Both the position numbers and the translations under genes were made by a program. Positions 12,493 to 24,610 of a stretch of 47,559 nt of DNA are shown here, piece after piece. Origin of the DNA: Chiloscyllium plagiosum. Its lineage: Eukaryota. Where the stretch lies: NCBI RefSeq assembly GCF_004010195.1, contig NC_057718.1:51541941-51589499 (forward strand), read 5' to 3'. The notes under the pieces were generated by a model. It had not been told where the DNA came from, did not search any database, and saw nothing but the letters and a program-made list of their open reading frames with translations. The first letter of the stretch is position 1. Each line of letters opens with the position of its first letter.

Positions 12493-12590
12493 TAAACAGA
12501 AATTACTGGAGAAATTCAGCATCTGTGCTAAATTTGTGGACAGCAAGCAGGGTTCACCTTTTGGCTCCAGTGGCCCTTCTTCAGAACTGC
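12493..12590 (-). mobile_element. Penelope terminal-repeat fragment
   Basis: Reverse strand reads gttCTGAAGAagggccactggagccaaaagg...ttctccagtaatttctgttt, the same family as 820-925. Confidence 0.75.
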
Positions 12591-15054
12591 TCCATAGGTC
12601 ATAAAAATATTGCGTTCAGTGATTAAAGATGATAAGCCATTTAAGTCACATTCTTTCTTTGAAGTCACTGTCCAAAAAATGATTTTCAGACTTCGTTTAA
12701 AAAAAGGTCAACTTTGCAGATCTTAAAAAATAACAGTCATCCATTTTTCCTTCACTTCCAATTCCAGGCTCCCAAATAATAATAATGCATCATAATCCTT
12801 TACAACAACAGTATGCTCCACCAAGTGCAATGATCAACCTCCTCCTTAATTTTCTGAGGCTGCCCTTGACTGGAAGTGTTTGCTTTATTCTCTATGTTAT
12901 TTTGCTAGTTTCGCAATCAGTTATGCTGGACACCAAATACCTGTGACTATTGACAACATAATGTGAAATCTTTATTGATCACTGAAATTAGTAAACAAAT
13001 TTCTTTCTGTATTTGGTCTTTCAGGAACTACCTTCAATGATTATCTTATGAGAACTGTAATATTTTTTTTCATTCTTTTAAAGATAAAAATGTGTGAGCA
13101 TATATAATTTGATTTAAAAATTTTTGAACTTGAAATGTACATCTTTTCACCATCCTGTCTGTGAACAAACTCTCAAGTCGGGGTACATGAAAGTAACTAC
13201 GGCTCACTTCAGGGTTAAGTACTGTAAAGTCAAAAGTAATGGGAACAATTCATCAGTCATAACATCTGTAAAATATAGTTATGAATAAACTACCTAGATT
13301 TATGATGATAAACATACTTAGATTGTTTTCAGTTGTAAAAAACAGTCACCATGTTGTCAATTAATATGAGAATTGCATTGGTTGAGTTAGGAATTCCAGC
13401 AATGAAGAATAATCTGCAGTTTATAAGCAAGTGCAATGGAAATCAGAAGAGAAAGTAATTACTCTGACAACAATGTACATTAAATCTTCAGTGCCTGACA
13501 GCATGATTACAATACTTGCATCTAACTTGGAATAAAATGTTCCTTGGAAGATACTGTACCTCAATTATTTGTATTTTCAAGGTCACAATAACTTCTGACT
13601 ATTACATAACAACGTGGCAACAAGGCTTACTTTTTTAACTTAAGGTCTGTCGGTTTTCACCTTCAATTTAAGACTGATGAAATCCATTAGGGGAACTTTT
13701 ACTTTTGATCTTGTACAATAAGGAGTGCTCTTTTTTAAAAAAATCTTACATAGGTCTAAACCTGATCTTCTTTCTTCCTTACTTAAAGACAATGGTTAAA
13801 CTTTAAAACTGGGTCTGGGAATTCAACACCTGTAAAATTTCATGCTCGAAGGGTTGTATCATAGCTGTGTACTTTATATGCCATCTGAAAATGCAAATGC
13901 ATAAAATAAGCCAGATGTAAACTTGGTATCTAAATAGTTGTGCCAACATGACCATGTGGTAGGATCTACCCACAGAACATGAGCTGCAAAAGAAGCTGGC
14001 AGCCATGCTGAAGGGACACTTTTTAAAATTATGCATGCACCCTATCCCAACCTGAAAAGCAACTGAACAACCCAGCTAATATGTTGAATGCTAACCATAG
14101 CTTTCAGCTCCTTGGAGTAAGTGGCACTTAATTTAAACCACCACGGCACAATGGTATAAAATATAGATTAGTAAATTAAAGTCCTCATTCCATTTTGTTC
14201 CCGGTATTAAGTATAGCAAATTGAAGTTAAACCAAATTTTCTCCTTTTTAAATGTGAAGAAAGAATAAGGATGGAATGGAATTTGGTATCTTGTTTGGAC
14301 AGGGAAGAAACATAGGGGCCTGAAGTAAGCCCCACACAAGCAACTCAGTAGCAGACTCAAGTAGAAACATCTGGGGACTATTACTGAATGAAGTCAAGAG
14401 TCATCATGATCTCCAAAGCTTTTCACTGCCATACAACTGGCAGCCAGTCACTGGTTCTCACCACAGGGATAACACTGAGAAAATGGTTCAGATTAGTTAG
14501 GACAGATCTAGACACACCCACTGACAGGAACAAGGAGTACCATGAGGGTAATGATGAAACTCAGGGCTCAGGTGGATGTTGAAGAATTAATTGTGATTTG
14601 GGAATCTCTTTGACTTCATCTGTTCTAAATACCATCCCAAGCTGCTATTGCTGGCTTTGTTTTTTTTTATGGGAACATTTCACTAAGTAATGATAGCTAA
14701 ATAGTTCAATTACCTCAAACCTGACAGGTTTAGCTCATTCTTTTCATTGATTTTCTTTCCCCTCACCCATTATTCTCCTCAAGAAACTTGCTGCTAATTT
14801 CCCAGATCATAATAATATCAGCTGCCACATTGAATGATTCAGAACATATAAAAATTCTGGGAGTTTTGACAGGTTGTAAAAGTAGAATGTCCCCTCTTTT
14901 GTCCAGTGTGTTTATCAACAATGGCTCTGGTAGAGGCAAGTTTGATTTGCTGGTCATTAATGAAATACTGTGCCTTGGAACAATGACAACAATGTGTATC
15001 ACTGTTCATTCTGAAGAATCCCTTCATTCACTAAATATTTGAATTTTATAATTA

Positions 15055-15228
15055 CAGAGGAACCTCGATTATCCAAAGGGCATGGGTGGGCAGTATTTCA
15101 TTTGATTAATCGAATTCAGGATAATCAAATGTTGGATAACCTAGTTTAGCTGAGCATCGGGACCTTGCGGTCTTGCTGGATAATCCGATATTCGGATAAT
15201 CGAATGCTGGATAATCGAGGTTGCTCTG
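15055..15228. mobile_element. Tc1/mariner (Tigger/pogo-like) MITE, 174 bp
   Basis: TIRs CAGAGGAACCTCGATTATCC / GGATAATCGAGGTTGCTCTG (19/20 match), TA on both sides (15053-54, 15229-30) and internal GGATAATC repeats. Confidence 0.93.
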
Positions 15229-15344
15229 TATACTGTCCACTGCTCCAGAATGCAAAAGGCCTATGTTCTGCTCGAAAAGTTTGCATTCATCTGCATGGTA
15301 TTTTGGCAATAGCCACATATAAGCTATACACTGATAGAATAGTG

Positions 15345-16530
15345 CTCCTTCCTTTAGAGTACTTGGAAACACATGGTAAACTGGGGCTGACTCAGCATGG
15401 CTCTGGACGCCTGACAAATCTGTTAGAATTCTTTGAGGAGGTAACAAGCAAGTTAGACAAAGGAGAGCCAGTGGACGTGATCTATAATTTCCAGGACTCC
15501 CAGAAGGCCTTTGACAAGGTGCCGCACAGGAGGCTGCGAAATAAGATAAAAGCCCATGGTTTTATGGACACGGTACTGACAGGTATTGAGGATTGGCTGA
15601 CTAACAGAAGACAGAGAGTAGGGATAAAGGGGTCTTTTTCAGGATGGCAGCTGGGGACAAGTGGAGTCTCTCAGGGGTCAGTTTTGGGACCACAAATATT
15701 CATGTTATTGGATAATGATCTGGATGAAGAAACTTAGGGTATTGTTTCTAAGTTTTCAAATGACACAACACTAAGTGAAGGGACAGATAATGTTCAGGAA
15801 GTCAGGAGGCTGCAAAAAGACTTGGATAGGCTGGGAGAGTGGGCAAAGAAATAACAGATGGAATACAATGTAGGAAAGTGTGAGATTTGGTTGGAAAAAT
15901 AGAGGTGGACACTATTGTCTTAACAGGGAAGGTCTTTGGAAATCTAAAGCAGAAAGAGACTTGGGGTTCCCAGTTCAGGATCTTCTTAAGGTTAACATGG
16001 GGTTCAGTTGGAAGCTAAATGCAATGTTAGCTTCATTTCGAGTGGGATGGAATACAAGAGCAAGTATGTACTGCTGAGGCTGTGTAAGGCTCTAGTCAGA
16101 CTGCATTTTTAATTTTGCTGGCAGTTTTGGGTCCCATAGTTAAGAAAAGATGTGCTGGCATTGGGGTGGTGGTGGTGGTCGGGGACAAAGGAGGGGGTGG
16201 TGGTGGTGGGCTGGGGGGGTGATGGTGGGGTGCTGTATCCTAAGGAGGCTGACAAGAATGACCCAGGGATCATTCAGAACTGAGAAGAGGAGGACTTTCT
16301 TCAGCCAGCGGGTGATGAACCTGTGAAAATCATTGCCACAGGAGGTGTGGAGGCCATCATTGAGTGTATTTAAGTTAGAGGCAGTTCGTTATTGATTGGT
16401 AAGGTGATCAAATGTTACAGGAGAAGGTAAGAGAATGGAGTTGAGAAACATATCAGCTATGACCGAACAGTGGAGGAGACCCATTGGACTGAATGGCCTA
16501 ATTCTGCTCCTATACCTTATGTCCTTATGG
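15345..16530 (+). mobile_element. CR1 LINE, 5'-truncated RT and 3' tail
   Basis: LTNLLEFFEEVT, QKAFDKVPH, SGVSQGSVLGP and FSNDT (decayed FADDT). Tail ends ctataccttatgtccttatg. Confidence 0.95.
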
Positions 16531-17385
16531 AGTTCCTGCTCTTATAAGTGGCACCTGTCTGCAGAGGAGCTTACTATAAATAACTTCCAGGTCTTGAAGG
16601 TCCCAGACCCGTGGAGCAGGCTAAGTGATTAGTATGTTGAACGAGAGAACAGTACACTGATCATGTGCATAAATATCAATATGTAGCTCAGTGGACAATG
16701 GTACCCTCTTAACCTATGATGCCACCTGCTCCCACTCTTGCATATGCCAAAAGAAAAGAATACAAATTTGTCGTCATTCTCACTGTGACTGACAATATCA
16801 CAAAGCCCTGCATGCGCAGCACATTGCAAATACCAGACACAGTCTACCTGATGCACCTCATCACCTATAAATACTACGTGTCTAGTGATTCCTCTAACAA
16901 AGTCAATTTAGATGTGGGTGGCAGGATAGCAACAGGTAAATGTCTTGCTCTTGGTTTGATGTTTTTAGCTCTCTGCATTGAGAAAAGCTTCACACTAGGC
17001 TTCATAAGTGCCTTTCCCATATGTTAGAAATAAAGAGATTCCCAATTGCATTGTATGTCTATACTCCTTACAGCTTCTCACGACACACATCAAAAGTTTA
17101 CAAGCAAGTTGCATTATTGAAGGTGAATCCATTATACTATTGTCAGAAAGATGAGAAAAAAGAAATTCATAGTGTGGCTACTTCCAATTGATCTGTGACT
17201 ATAGTTAGAGAAAAGCTATTTTCAGACTCCTAAGATGTAACAGCCCCACAATTATAATGAATTTATACAGCACTGTCTGTTTTAAACATTTTCACCACAT
17301 TTTCCTCTCTCCCACAGGAATTATGAAAGCAGTGCATTTCTATCATAAAAATCAAGAGATTATCAGGCATTGATATAAAATAATA

Positions 17386-17760
17386 ATAAAACAAGACAAT
17401 GTTGGAAAAACTCTGCAGGTCAGACACAATCTATGGAAACAGAGTTAACATTTTAGGGTGCAAACTTTTTATTGTTTATGGAAATGATTAGCGATATAAT
17501 CGGTTCTAAGGAAATGAAAGGTGGAGATGCTGTAAAAAATGGAATACATGTTCTGAGGCAATGTAAAAGATAGGAGATACTAAAAGACAAGTATTGGTGC
17601 TGCAAAGCTGAAAGGACTGGTAATAAAACAAGTAAACAATTTTTAAAAATGTGCTTACAGGAGATGTGAATGGGAAAATGATGAACAATTAATGCCTAAA
17701 AGAATAGGTATGAATTAAAATTGGGAAACTTAATGTTGAATCTAAAAGATTGTTGTAATT
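17386..17760 (-). mobile_element. Degraded Penelope 3' fragment
   Basis: Terminal-repeat-like 17386-17477 (tgttggaaaaactctgcaggtcag...agagttaacatttt). A purine-rich spacer follows, then a reverse-strand FNIKFPNF-like end of GIY-YIG near 17710-17745. Confidence 0.6.
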
Positions 17761-17858
17761 GATTCATATTTTATGAGTATGTGCAATGCATAATGAGGTA
17801 ACAACACTTGAAAAGCCATCTTAGGCCTGGGATTTCATGGAGTCACCATGACTCCATG

Positions 17859-17949
17859 ATAAAACAAGACATTGTTGGAAAAACTCTGCAGGTCAGACAC
17901 AATCTGTGGAGACAGGGTTAACATTTTAGGTGCAAACTTTCTACTGTTT
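17859..17949 (-). repeat. Near-identical direct copy of 17386-17477
   Basis: ataaaacaagac-a(a/t)tgttggaaaaactctgcaggtcagacacaatct...gtgcaaacttt is present at both places. Confidence 0.9.
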
Positions 17950-18068
17950 AATCCAAAATGGTAGGTGAAATCTAAATGCAAAAATTCTGCTCATATTTTT
18001 GGCAGATCCCATTTTCACTGGGAGGAGAATGAGAACACAATGTGATTGATGCATGCGAGAATCCTTCA

Positions 18069-18291
18069 TCAAGAGTGTGGTGCTGGAAAAGCACAGCAGG
18101 GCAGGCAGCACCCGAGGAGCAGGAGAATCAACATTCTGGGCTTAAGCCTTCATCAGGAATCATTCCCGATGAAGGGCTTATGCCCAAAACGTCAATTCTC
18201 CTGCTTCTCAGATGTTGCCTGACCTGTTGTGCTTTTCCAGCACCACACTCTTGACTCTGATCTCCAGCATCTGCAGTCCTCACTTTCTCCT
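18069..18291 (+). mobile_element. Fold-back Penelope terminus with two decayed hammerhead cores
   Basis: Inverted arms 18069-18160 and 18162-18254, then an unpaired tail to 18291. The right arm is closely similar to 10436-10525. Flanks atgcgagaatccttca / atgagggaatcattga are a possible decayed TSD. Confidence 0.9.
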
Positions 18292-19073
18292 ATGAGGGAA
18301 TCATTGACTTAGTAGAGCAATTGAAACTCAGTGTTGACTTTAAACAGATCCCTTATATATTGCACTTACTTTTAGAGAAGTCATAAATGCTCTTCAATAT
18401 AGCTAGCAATATAGCAAAAGGTCAATATAGCTAGCAAGTTGTTCAGTGATTTAATACCACTCTTTTTTTAAACAAAACAGTGTCTTTAACATTAAATGTT
18501 CTAGCAGTTACATCAACTGTTTGTTGATATTAGCTCAAGGCCAATCATTATATAATTATTAATGCTTGGTTATTATCTCAGTAGGGGATCACAGTTCACA
18601 ATTTGATCAGCAGCTCAATGGGTTTATTAAAGTAATAGCTATCTTCAATGTAATGTTGTGAACACAAGTATACTTTTTAACAAGGAATTAAGTACTGAAG
18701 CATTTTTTAAAAATATAATAAAGACTGAAGAAATATTTAGACTTTTATTTTACTTTGTGTAAACATAGTTCCTGATGCCTGCCCATAGCGAATATTGGAT
18801 GAATTGGCACGAAGAATGTAATGGCAAAGGATTGGGTAAGTTGACATCAAGCTGGTGTTAGGGCTACAAGAGGACATGGTAGTAGACAGAGGGCACAAAT
18901 GGTCATTCAGCTGACATGGGGGCTACAATGGGCCATAGGGCTGGATGGGGATACCATTATGTTGGTATGAAGGATAAAAGTGGCCTTGGGGAGGGTAAAA
19001 GGCATGAGTTGTCATGAATAGGACATGGAGAGTGGGTAGGCAATGAGGGGTGTGTAAGGGTGCAGGATAGATG

Positions 19074-19233
19074 CTGAAAATGTGTTGCTGGAAAAGTGCA
19101 GCAGGTCAGGCAGCATCCAAGGAGCTGGAGAAACTGAGTTCTCCTGCTCCTTGGATGCTGCCTGACCTGCTGCGCTTTTCCAGCAACACATTTTCAGCTC
19201 TGATCTCCAGTATCTGCAGTCCTCACTTTCTCC
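19074..19233 (+). mobile_element. Fold-back Penelope terminus lacking the hammerhead
   Basis: Arms ~19073-19132 and 19139-19198, tail 19199-19233. Exact 13-bp TSD tgcaggatagatg at 19061-19073 and 19234-19246. Confidence 0.93.
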
Positions 19234-19799
19234 TGCAGGATAGATGGCCTAATAGTTAACAAGACAACTTGAATAAGGTTCCATAGAAGGCAGGTCTTTT
19301 AAATAGCCAGTGTGAACACTCTGCAAACCATTCACATCACCGCTCATGGTTTTTTGTGTGGTTCAGCAGCATTAATTCCACCCTACAGCAAATCCCCAAT
19401 TCCTGCCAGAAGCAAAGATCCCATCATTCAAAGAATTTCACCTGAACTGAGTTCAGTGAGCCACAGGATTTCCAAACTCCTGCCATATGACTTGGGAGAT
19501 AAATGAGACATTTCTTTGCATCTGCCTCTCACATGCCACAGATTTTGGCAATGAAACAGAATCAAAGTATTAAAAATATTGGCATCAAATGTGATAAATA
19601 AGATCAGTAGTCAACCATTGACCTCCCAGCTTGGGTAGTTTAGATTTCAAATGTTCATCATCACTGCTCCTGAATTCAGATAGTCAGATTCACATGATTG
19701 TATTTATTTCAACTACCAACTAAACTAGATTGGATGGGTTTGCTCCACCAAAGATGCCTCTAGAACAAACATCACTGTTACAGACAGCCTCAAAAAGTG

Positions 19800-22600
19800 T
19801 TTCTCCAATCACTGTGATTCAAAGTGAGATTCAAAGAAGAGCACTGATGATGGTGGTTTAGTGACCTGATCGCAAGAGTAGGAACTACATAGCACACGTA
19901 TGTCAGTACAGATATATGAAATGTTCTAATTATAAAAACATAGACCACATTGCCACTGCTTGTTGAGCCAAGGCCAAAGCAAGAAAAGGAAAAAAAAATA
20001 GTAGTAATGAAAAGCTTCAACATCACAAGCACAGAGTTGACAAGTTTGAAGTGAATTTAAAATGCTTAAGGGAAGAAGAACTAGCACTGTAAAGCTTCAT
20101 GCCACAAGCAACCAGTGAAACTACAAGACTCTTTCATACAAAGCTACAGGTAAATTATTTACATATGCATCAATAGGGCTGCAGATAATTTCATTATGAA
20201 TAGAGACACATATGAGAATAAACTCAGTTTTGTACTGCACATCTAACTGACAGCACAGAAAAATTAAAAACCCTCTCTGTTGAGATGTTAGAAATAAGCA
20301 GGCAAATGGAGTGCAGTGTCTGTTATAATGGCAAGTCCCTCAGATTATCCATTGTTGTGATACGTTAATGAACCAATATTAATAGTTAAGGATCGGTTTC
20401 CCAAGCTGAACTTACACTGGTAGCATGTTTTCTAAACTGAAATAAATATAAAGCTTGATCAGCTATTGACCAGCTACAGATACATTGTTGAGAATAGTTA
20501 TGAAGACATTATCAGTGTTGAAGCACACATCTGAATCAGATCTAATGCAAGACAGTATATTGTAAGGATAGGCAGTTACTTGCATTTTCAAAAGAGGAAC
20601 CAAAGGTGCAAGAGAGAAATTGGCTTCCTGGTCAAAACAATTTACAGTATTTGGACAGTTCCAATCATTGTAGTGAGCAAATAAGATATATTACAATCAA
20701 CCAGGCAATGGACAATGAGCAGTATCCATACACAAGTGCCTTCCAGGATTTGTATGTAGAGGTAGTAGAAAAGAAGATATTCACAAAGCTAGATTTGTCT
20801 TGCAGTTATGCTTAGCTTAACATGGTGCTTAAGAGATGGTAGTATGATACTAAATACACAGATGGGATGAAGTTTATTGTCCCTCTCCCTGGAGGTTTGT
20901 TTAGAGACGGGAGGCATTTAAGCGTGTGAGCAGGTATGGTATAGGCATGAGGATACATTCCTGCCTCTGTCAAATTAAGCCAGGGGCAGAAAGGACTTCT
21001 TGATAATTGAGACTCTCAAGTGATAATGCCCACTTAAATATTTCATTCCCTCCCTCCCACCTCCTCCATCACTACAATCACCACCACTAATATTGAACTG
21101 GCAGTGAATGTGGCAATTACCAAACTGGAAGCCTGAAAATGAAACCCTGTTAAACCATCTCCTAGGGGTTCCTTTACTGAAAGACATTCCGTGCCTGATT
21201 TGGAAAGCTAAAATAGGAATTGGAGGGGGATGGGGAATAGGGGGGAGTCACCACCCTGCCTCTGAATCCTCTTTCATCCACCCCGCAGCTATCTACCCTC
21301 TGACTTCAATCCACCCCTATTCTCTGTAAAATTGTCCTCTGTTGCAAACATTTATCCAAAAATCTTCCAGGCATCAATGGGTAAGAGTTTGCAAACTCAC
21401 TGTTTAAGCAATCATGATTGTGCATTGATTGTGACTGCAAAAGAACCTTCAGTTGTCACTGATTTCTAAAGTTGAAGTTAATATGGAACAAGTTAGCCCC
21501 TGTGCAATCCAAGGTTGTGCACATTGGCCTGAAGTTCAATGTAAATGAACAACAAGTGAAAGAGGAAATAGAGGTTATAGTTAGTGCCCTGAAGTAAAAT
21601 GATGCGTTTCAGCTTAGATCATACTGAGATACAGTCTAATATTGCTCCCAATTTTAACCTGATCTTGCAATGTTGTTAGCTCCAACACATGAACTGAAGA
21701 AAGATATAAAATGGAAATGATCCACAGTGCACAAAAATGCTTGTGATACTTGTAAAGAAGAGCCTCAGCAGTGATGCACCATTTCTTCACTGCAATGCAA
21801 ATTGAAGCCAGCGTGTAATGTGGAGTGAGGCAATAATCAGCCATGACATAGATTATGACACAGCATTTTCAGCACAATATCTTACTAGGACTGAACACAA
21901 CTAGCTACATAGACAAGAAAGTGCTTGAAATCATTTTCACAACGAAAATGTTTTACCATTCATTGTTGGCCAGTAAAAGATCATAAACCTCCAGTAGCTG
22001 TTCTTGGGCCAAAGTTTACAATACCAATGGTGGCAACATCAAAGATGTTGTGTTGGGTTATACTTCTCTGGCAATATCACGAGAAGATTGAATATCTCAG
22101 TTTGAAAGTGAATGCTGTTGCTGAGGAGCCACATAGGCTGTAACAATGCAATCTTCCCAATCAGGATAGCAGATAATAATCACAACTCTTAAACCAATGG
22201 TGAATTCAAAAAGCACTCACCATTAACAAGAGGCTACGTACATATATAGAAGAGTTAGACAGAGTTTGACCAGTGTCCAGATGTGCAACTGAAGGTATTC
22301 TATAATCAAAACAATGAGCGGTTGTTTGAACAGGGCTGCAACAAGTCATGCCACAGAGTGATTGCATCTAGGTCTTTTGAGATGCATGTTTCAGCAAAAT
22401 GTCCACACAAAACACACAGGAATAGTGAATGTGGATCTCATAGCAAGATTTGTTTATTGGCCTCATGGCCCAGAATAATTGGTAAGCAAATGTACTACCT
22501 GCCAAAGTTGTGGAAATAAGCATTGCAAAACTCCTTTTCTATTGTCAGCTTCAAAGAGTTCATGCAGATTTTTGTGAAAACATAAATAAAATGGGTCACC
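19800..22600 (+). mobile_element. Highly decayed Gypsy LTR-retrotransposon internal region
   Basis: Gag knuckle-like CQYRYMKCSNYKNIDHIATAC (~19901). RT TINQAMDNEQYP...KKIFTKLDLSCSYA. RNase H DHKPPVAVLGPK...MLCWVILLWQYHEKIEY. Integrase-like QRVHADF (~22550). Domain order is Gypsy-like, with an unrelated insert at ~20864-21338. Confidence 0.8.
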
Positions 22601-23764
22601 TGAAACTGAACCATGGGAGGGAGGGCAAGTTAATAAAGAAAGCTAATTATGAAAAGATAACCAGGACTTTATTCTGAAAATACATGCTCATGTAACAACA
22701 GTAGAGATTGTGAACCATGAAGATATAAAAGTGGACCAAAAGAAAACAAATACAAAAGCAAAGAAAAACTTGACTGGCTTGCCCCATTAAATGGTCATTG
22801 GTTGTTTTATTAACTTAAAGTGACTTTTTCATTCTCTTCCAAAAGAAACTCCTGACTCAGTGCTGTTAGTCAATTCAATAGCTGCCAACTCTCTTAGGGC
22901 CGCAGCATCATTGGGAGCAGCGTCCACAGCTGAGGCTAAAACACTGTGAAGTGAGCCTGAGGTCTCAGCAAGGCCAAATTTGTGCAGGCAACAGAGCTGT
23001 TACGGCAGGGATAAAGTGAGAGTTCAAACTTAGGAAAATGCCTCTAATATGCTTTGACCAGGAACTATCACCCCATCATATCCGGCAGTTCAACAGCATC
23101 TGATGAATGGCTTAGAGACTTGGCATGTGCTTCCACGCCCCCCAGTGTAGATAAAATCTTAGGAGTAGTAGCTGCAGACTCTTATGTGGCTATAAGTCAG
23201 CCAATTAAGAGCCCTTAGATGAGCAGGCATCCCGTGCCGTCTCTGCCTTGGACAAAATACCCAAAAATAAAAAAAATTATTGAGCAGGTAAGTCAAAATA
23301 AGTAACCATGTTGCATTTTTAAAGTGCATTTTATTTGAAAATTTATTTTATTTGACATAGGAACTTAAGCCCTGTAAGTATTTAATGTATTATATTTATT
23401 TTTTTTTCTGAGGGAGGTTCCACAAAGACTATCTATAGCTTTTGTATTGGTTTAATAAGATAATGGGATTCATTTGCAGTCATTTCAGTTAAAGTTGTAT
23501 TGTTCAGGAATTCTAGTATAACTATAAGTGAGGATTACCATATTGAACTAAAGCCCAATACTCCAGCACCGACAAGGAGATCGTGAGTGCAACGTTAATC
23601 AGTTACTGAACTTGATTTTCAGATGTCATTTAAAGGGAAAAAGAGACAATTGGAACAATTCCAATTCTGCACAGTAACAAAGATTTTCACCATTAGAAAA
23701 TAGTTAATTCAAGAAAAACACATATTTTCTAAAGAAAAAGGGCAAACAGTCTAATATATTCATT

Positions 23765-23850
23765 GAACAGAAGAAATGAGGGCAGGAACAGACCATCAAC
23801 CTGCCCCGCCGTCCACCAAAATCATGGCTGATCTACTTCAGGCCTCATCT
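23765..23850 (-). mobile_element. CR1 3' tail fragment
   Basis: gaagaaatgagggcaggaacagaccat...atcatggctgatct is the reverse of a CR1 tail (compare 39082). Confidence 0.65.
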
Positions 23851-24187
23851 GTTATGAGCAAGCATAGAGCACAATGATGATTTGATCACATCTTGGTGAC
23901 TTCCTTGCTTTGCAACTGCTGTTCTTCATGTAATGGTTATAAAATATCCAAATGGTATTCTGTTCCTTAAAGTTGCGTTGAGATTTATTCGAACACTATA
24001 GACAGCTACAGATAGTGGAGGACTGTATGTGGCAAGCATAGAATTTTAAAATTTCATTTCTGTTATTCTTTCATAACCGTAGAACGAACAGAGGTTTTCC
24101 ACAAACTGGTCATGCAATCTGTACTTGATCTTCCTAATGCAGTAGACTAATTCAAAGAAGCACACATAACTCTCTGTTTCACGTAGT

Positions 24188-24510
24188 ATCATAGAATTCC
24201 GACAGTGCGAAGCAGGCCTTTCGGTCCATTGAGTCCAGACCAACCCTCCAAAGAGCATCCAGACCCACTCCCCTACCCTATCTCTGCAACCCTGCATTCC
24301 CTATGGCCAATCCTCCTGGCCTGCACATGACTGAACACAATAGGCTATTTAGCATGGCCAATCCACTTAACTGGTACATCTTTGGACTGTGGGAGGAACC
24401 CAGAGCACCTGGAGGAAATCCATGCAGACATGGGGAGCATGGGCAAACTCTTCACTAGAATCGAATCTGGCACGTGGAGGTAGCAGTGCAAACCACTGAG
24501 CCATTGCACC
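24188..24510 (-). mobile_element. HE1-type V-SINE
   Basis: Diverged reverse-strand homolog of 40901-41212. Confidence 0.9.
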
Positions 24511-24610
24511 ACTTATGAAGTAGTTCTTGGGGTCTTAGAAGGAGAAGGGGGAACAGGTAAAAGACTGGGTGTTGCAATACCTGTTCTTCCATGGAAAAAT
24601 CCTGTGGGAA

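Noticed and set aside
14763..15042. Three overlapping ORFs, one ending at a minus-strand GTGAG donor-like site, one with a faint LASTRAIV resemblance to Harbinger transposase
   Set aside because: No frame is open from a plausible acceptor to the donor, and no recognisable domain is present.
18394..18437. tcaatatagctagcaa repeated twice
   Set aside because: A small local slippage duplication with no sign of function; not a CRISPR-like array.
19073..19198. Hairpin resembling a pre-miRNA or a DNA-transposon MITE
   Set aside because: The arm is the PLE terminus seen at 10470-10525, there is an unpaired tail outside the inverted repeat, and the TSD is 13 bp. These fit a retroelement product.
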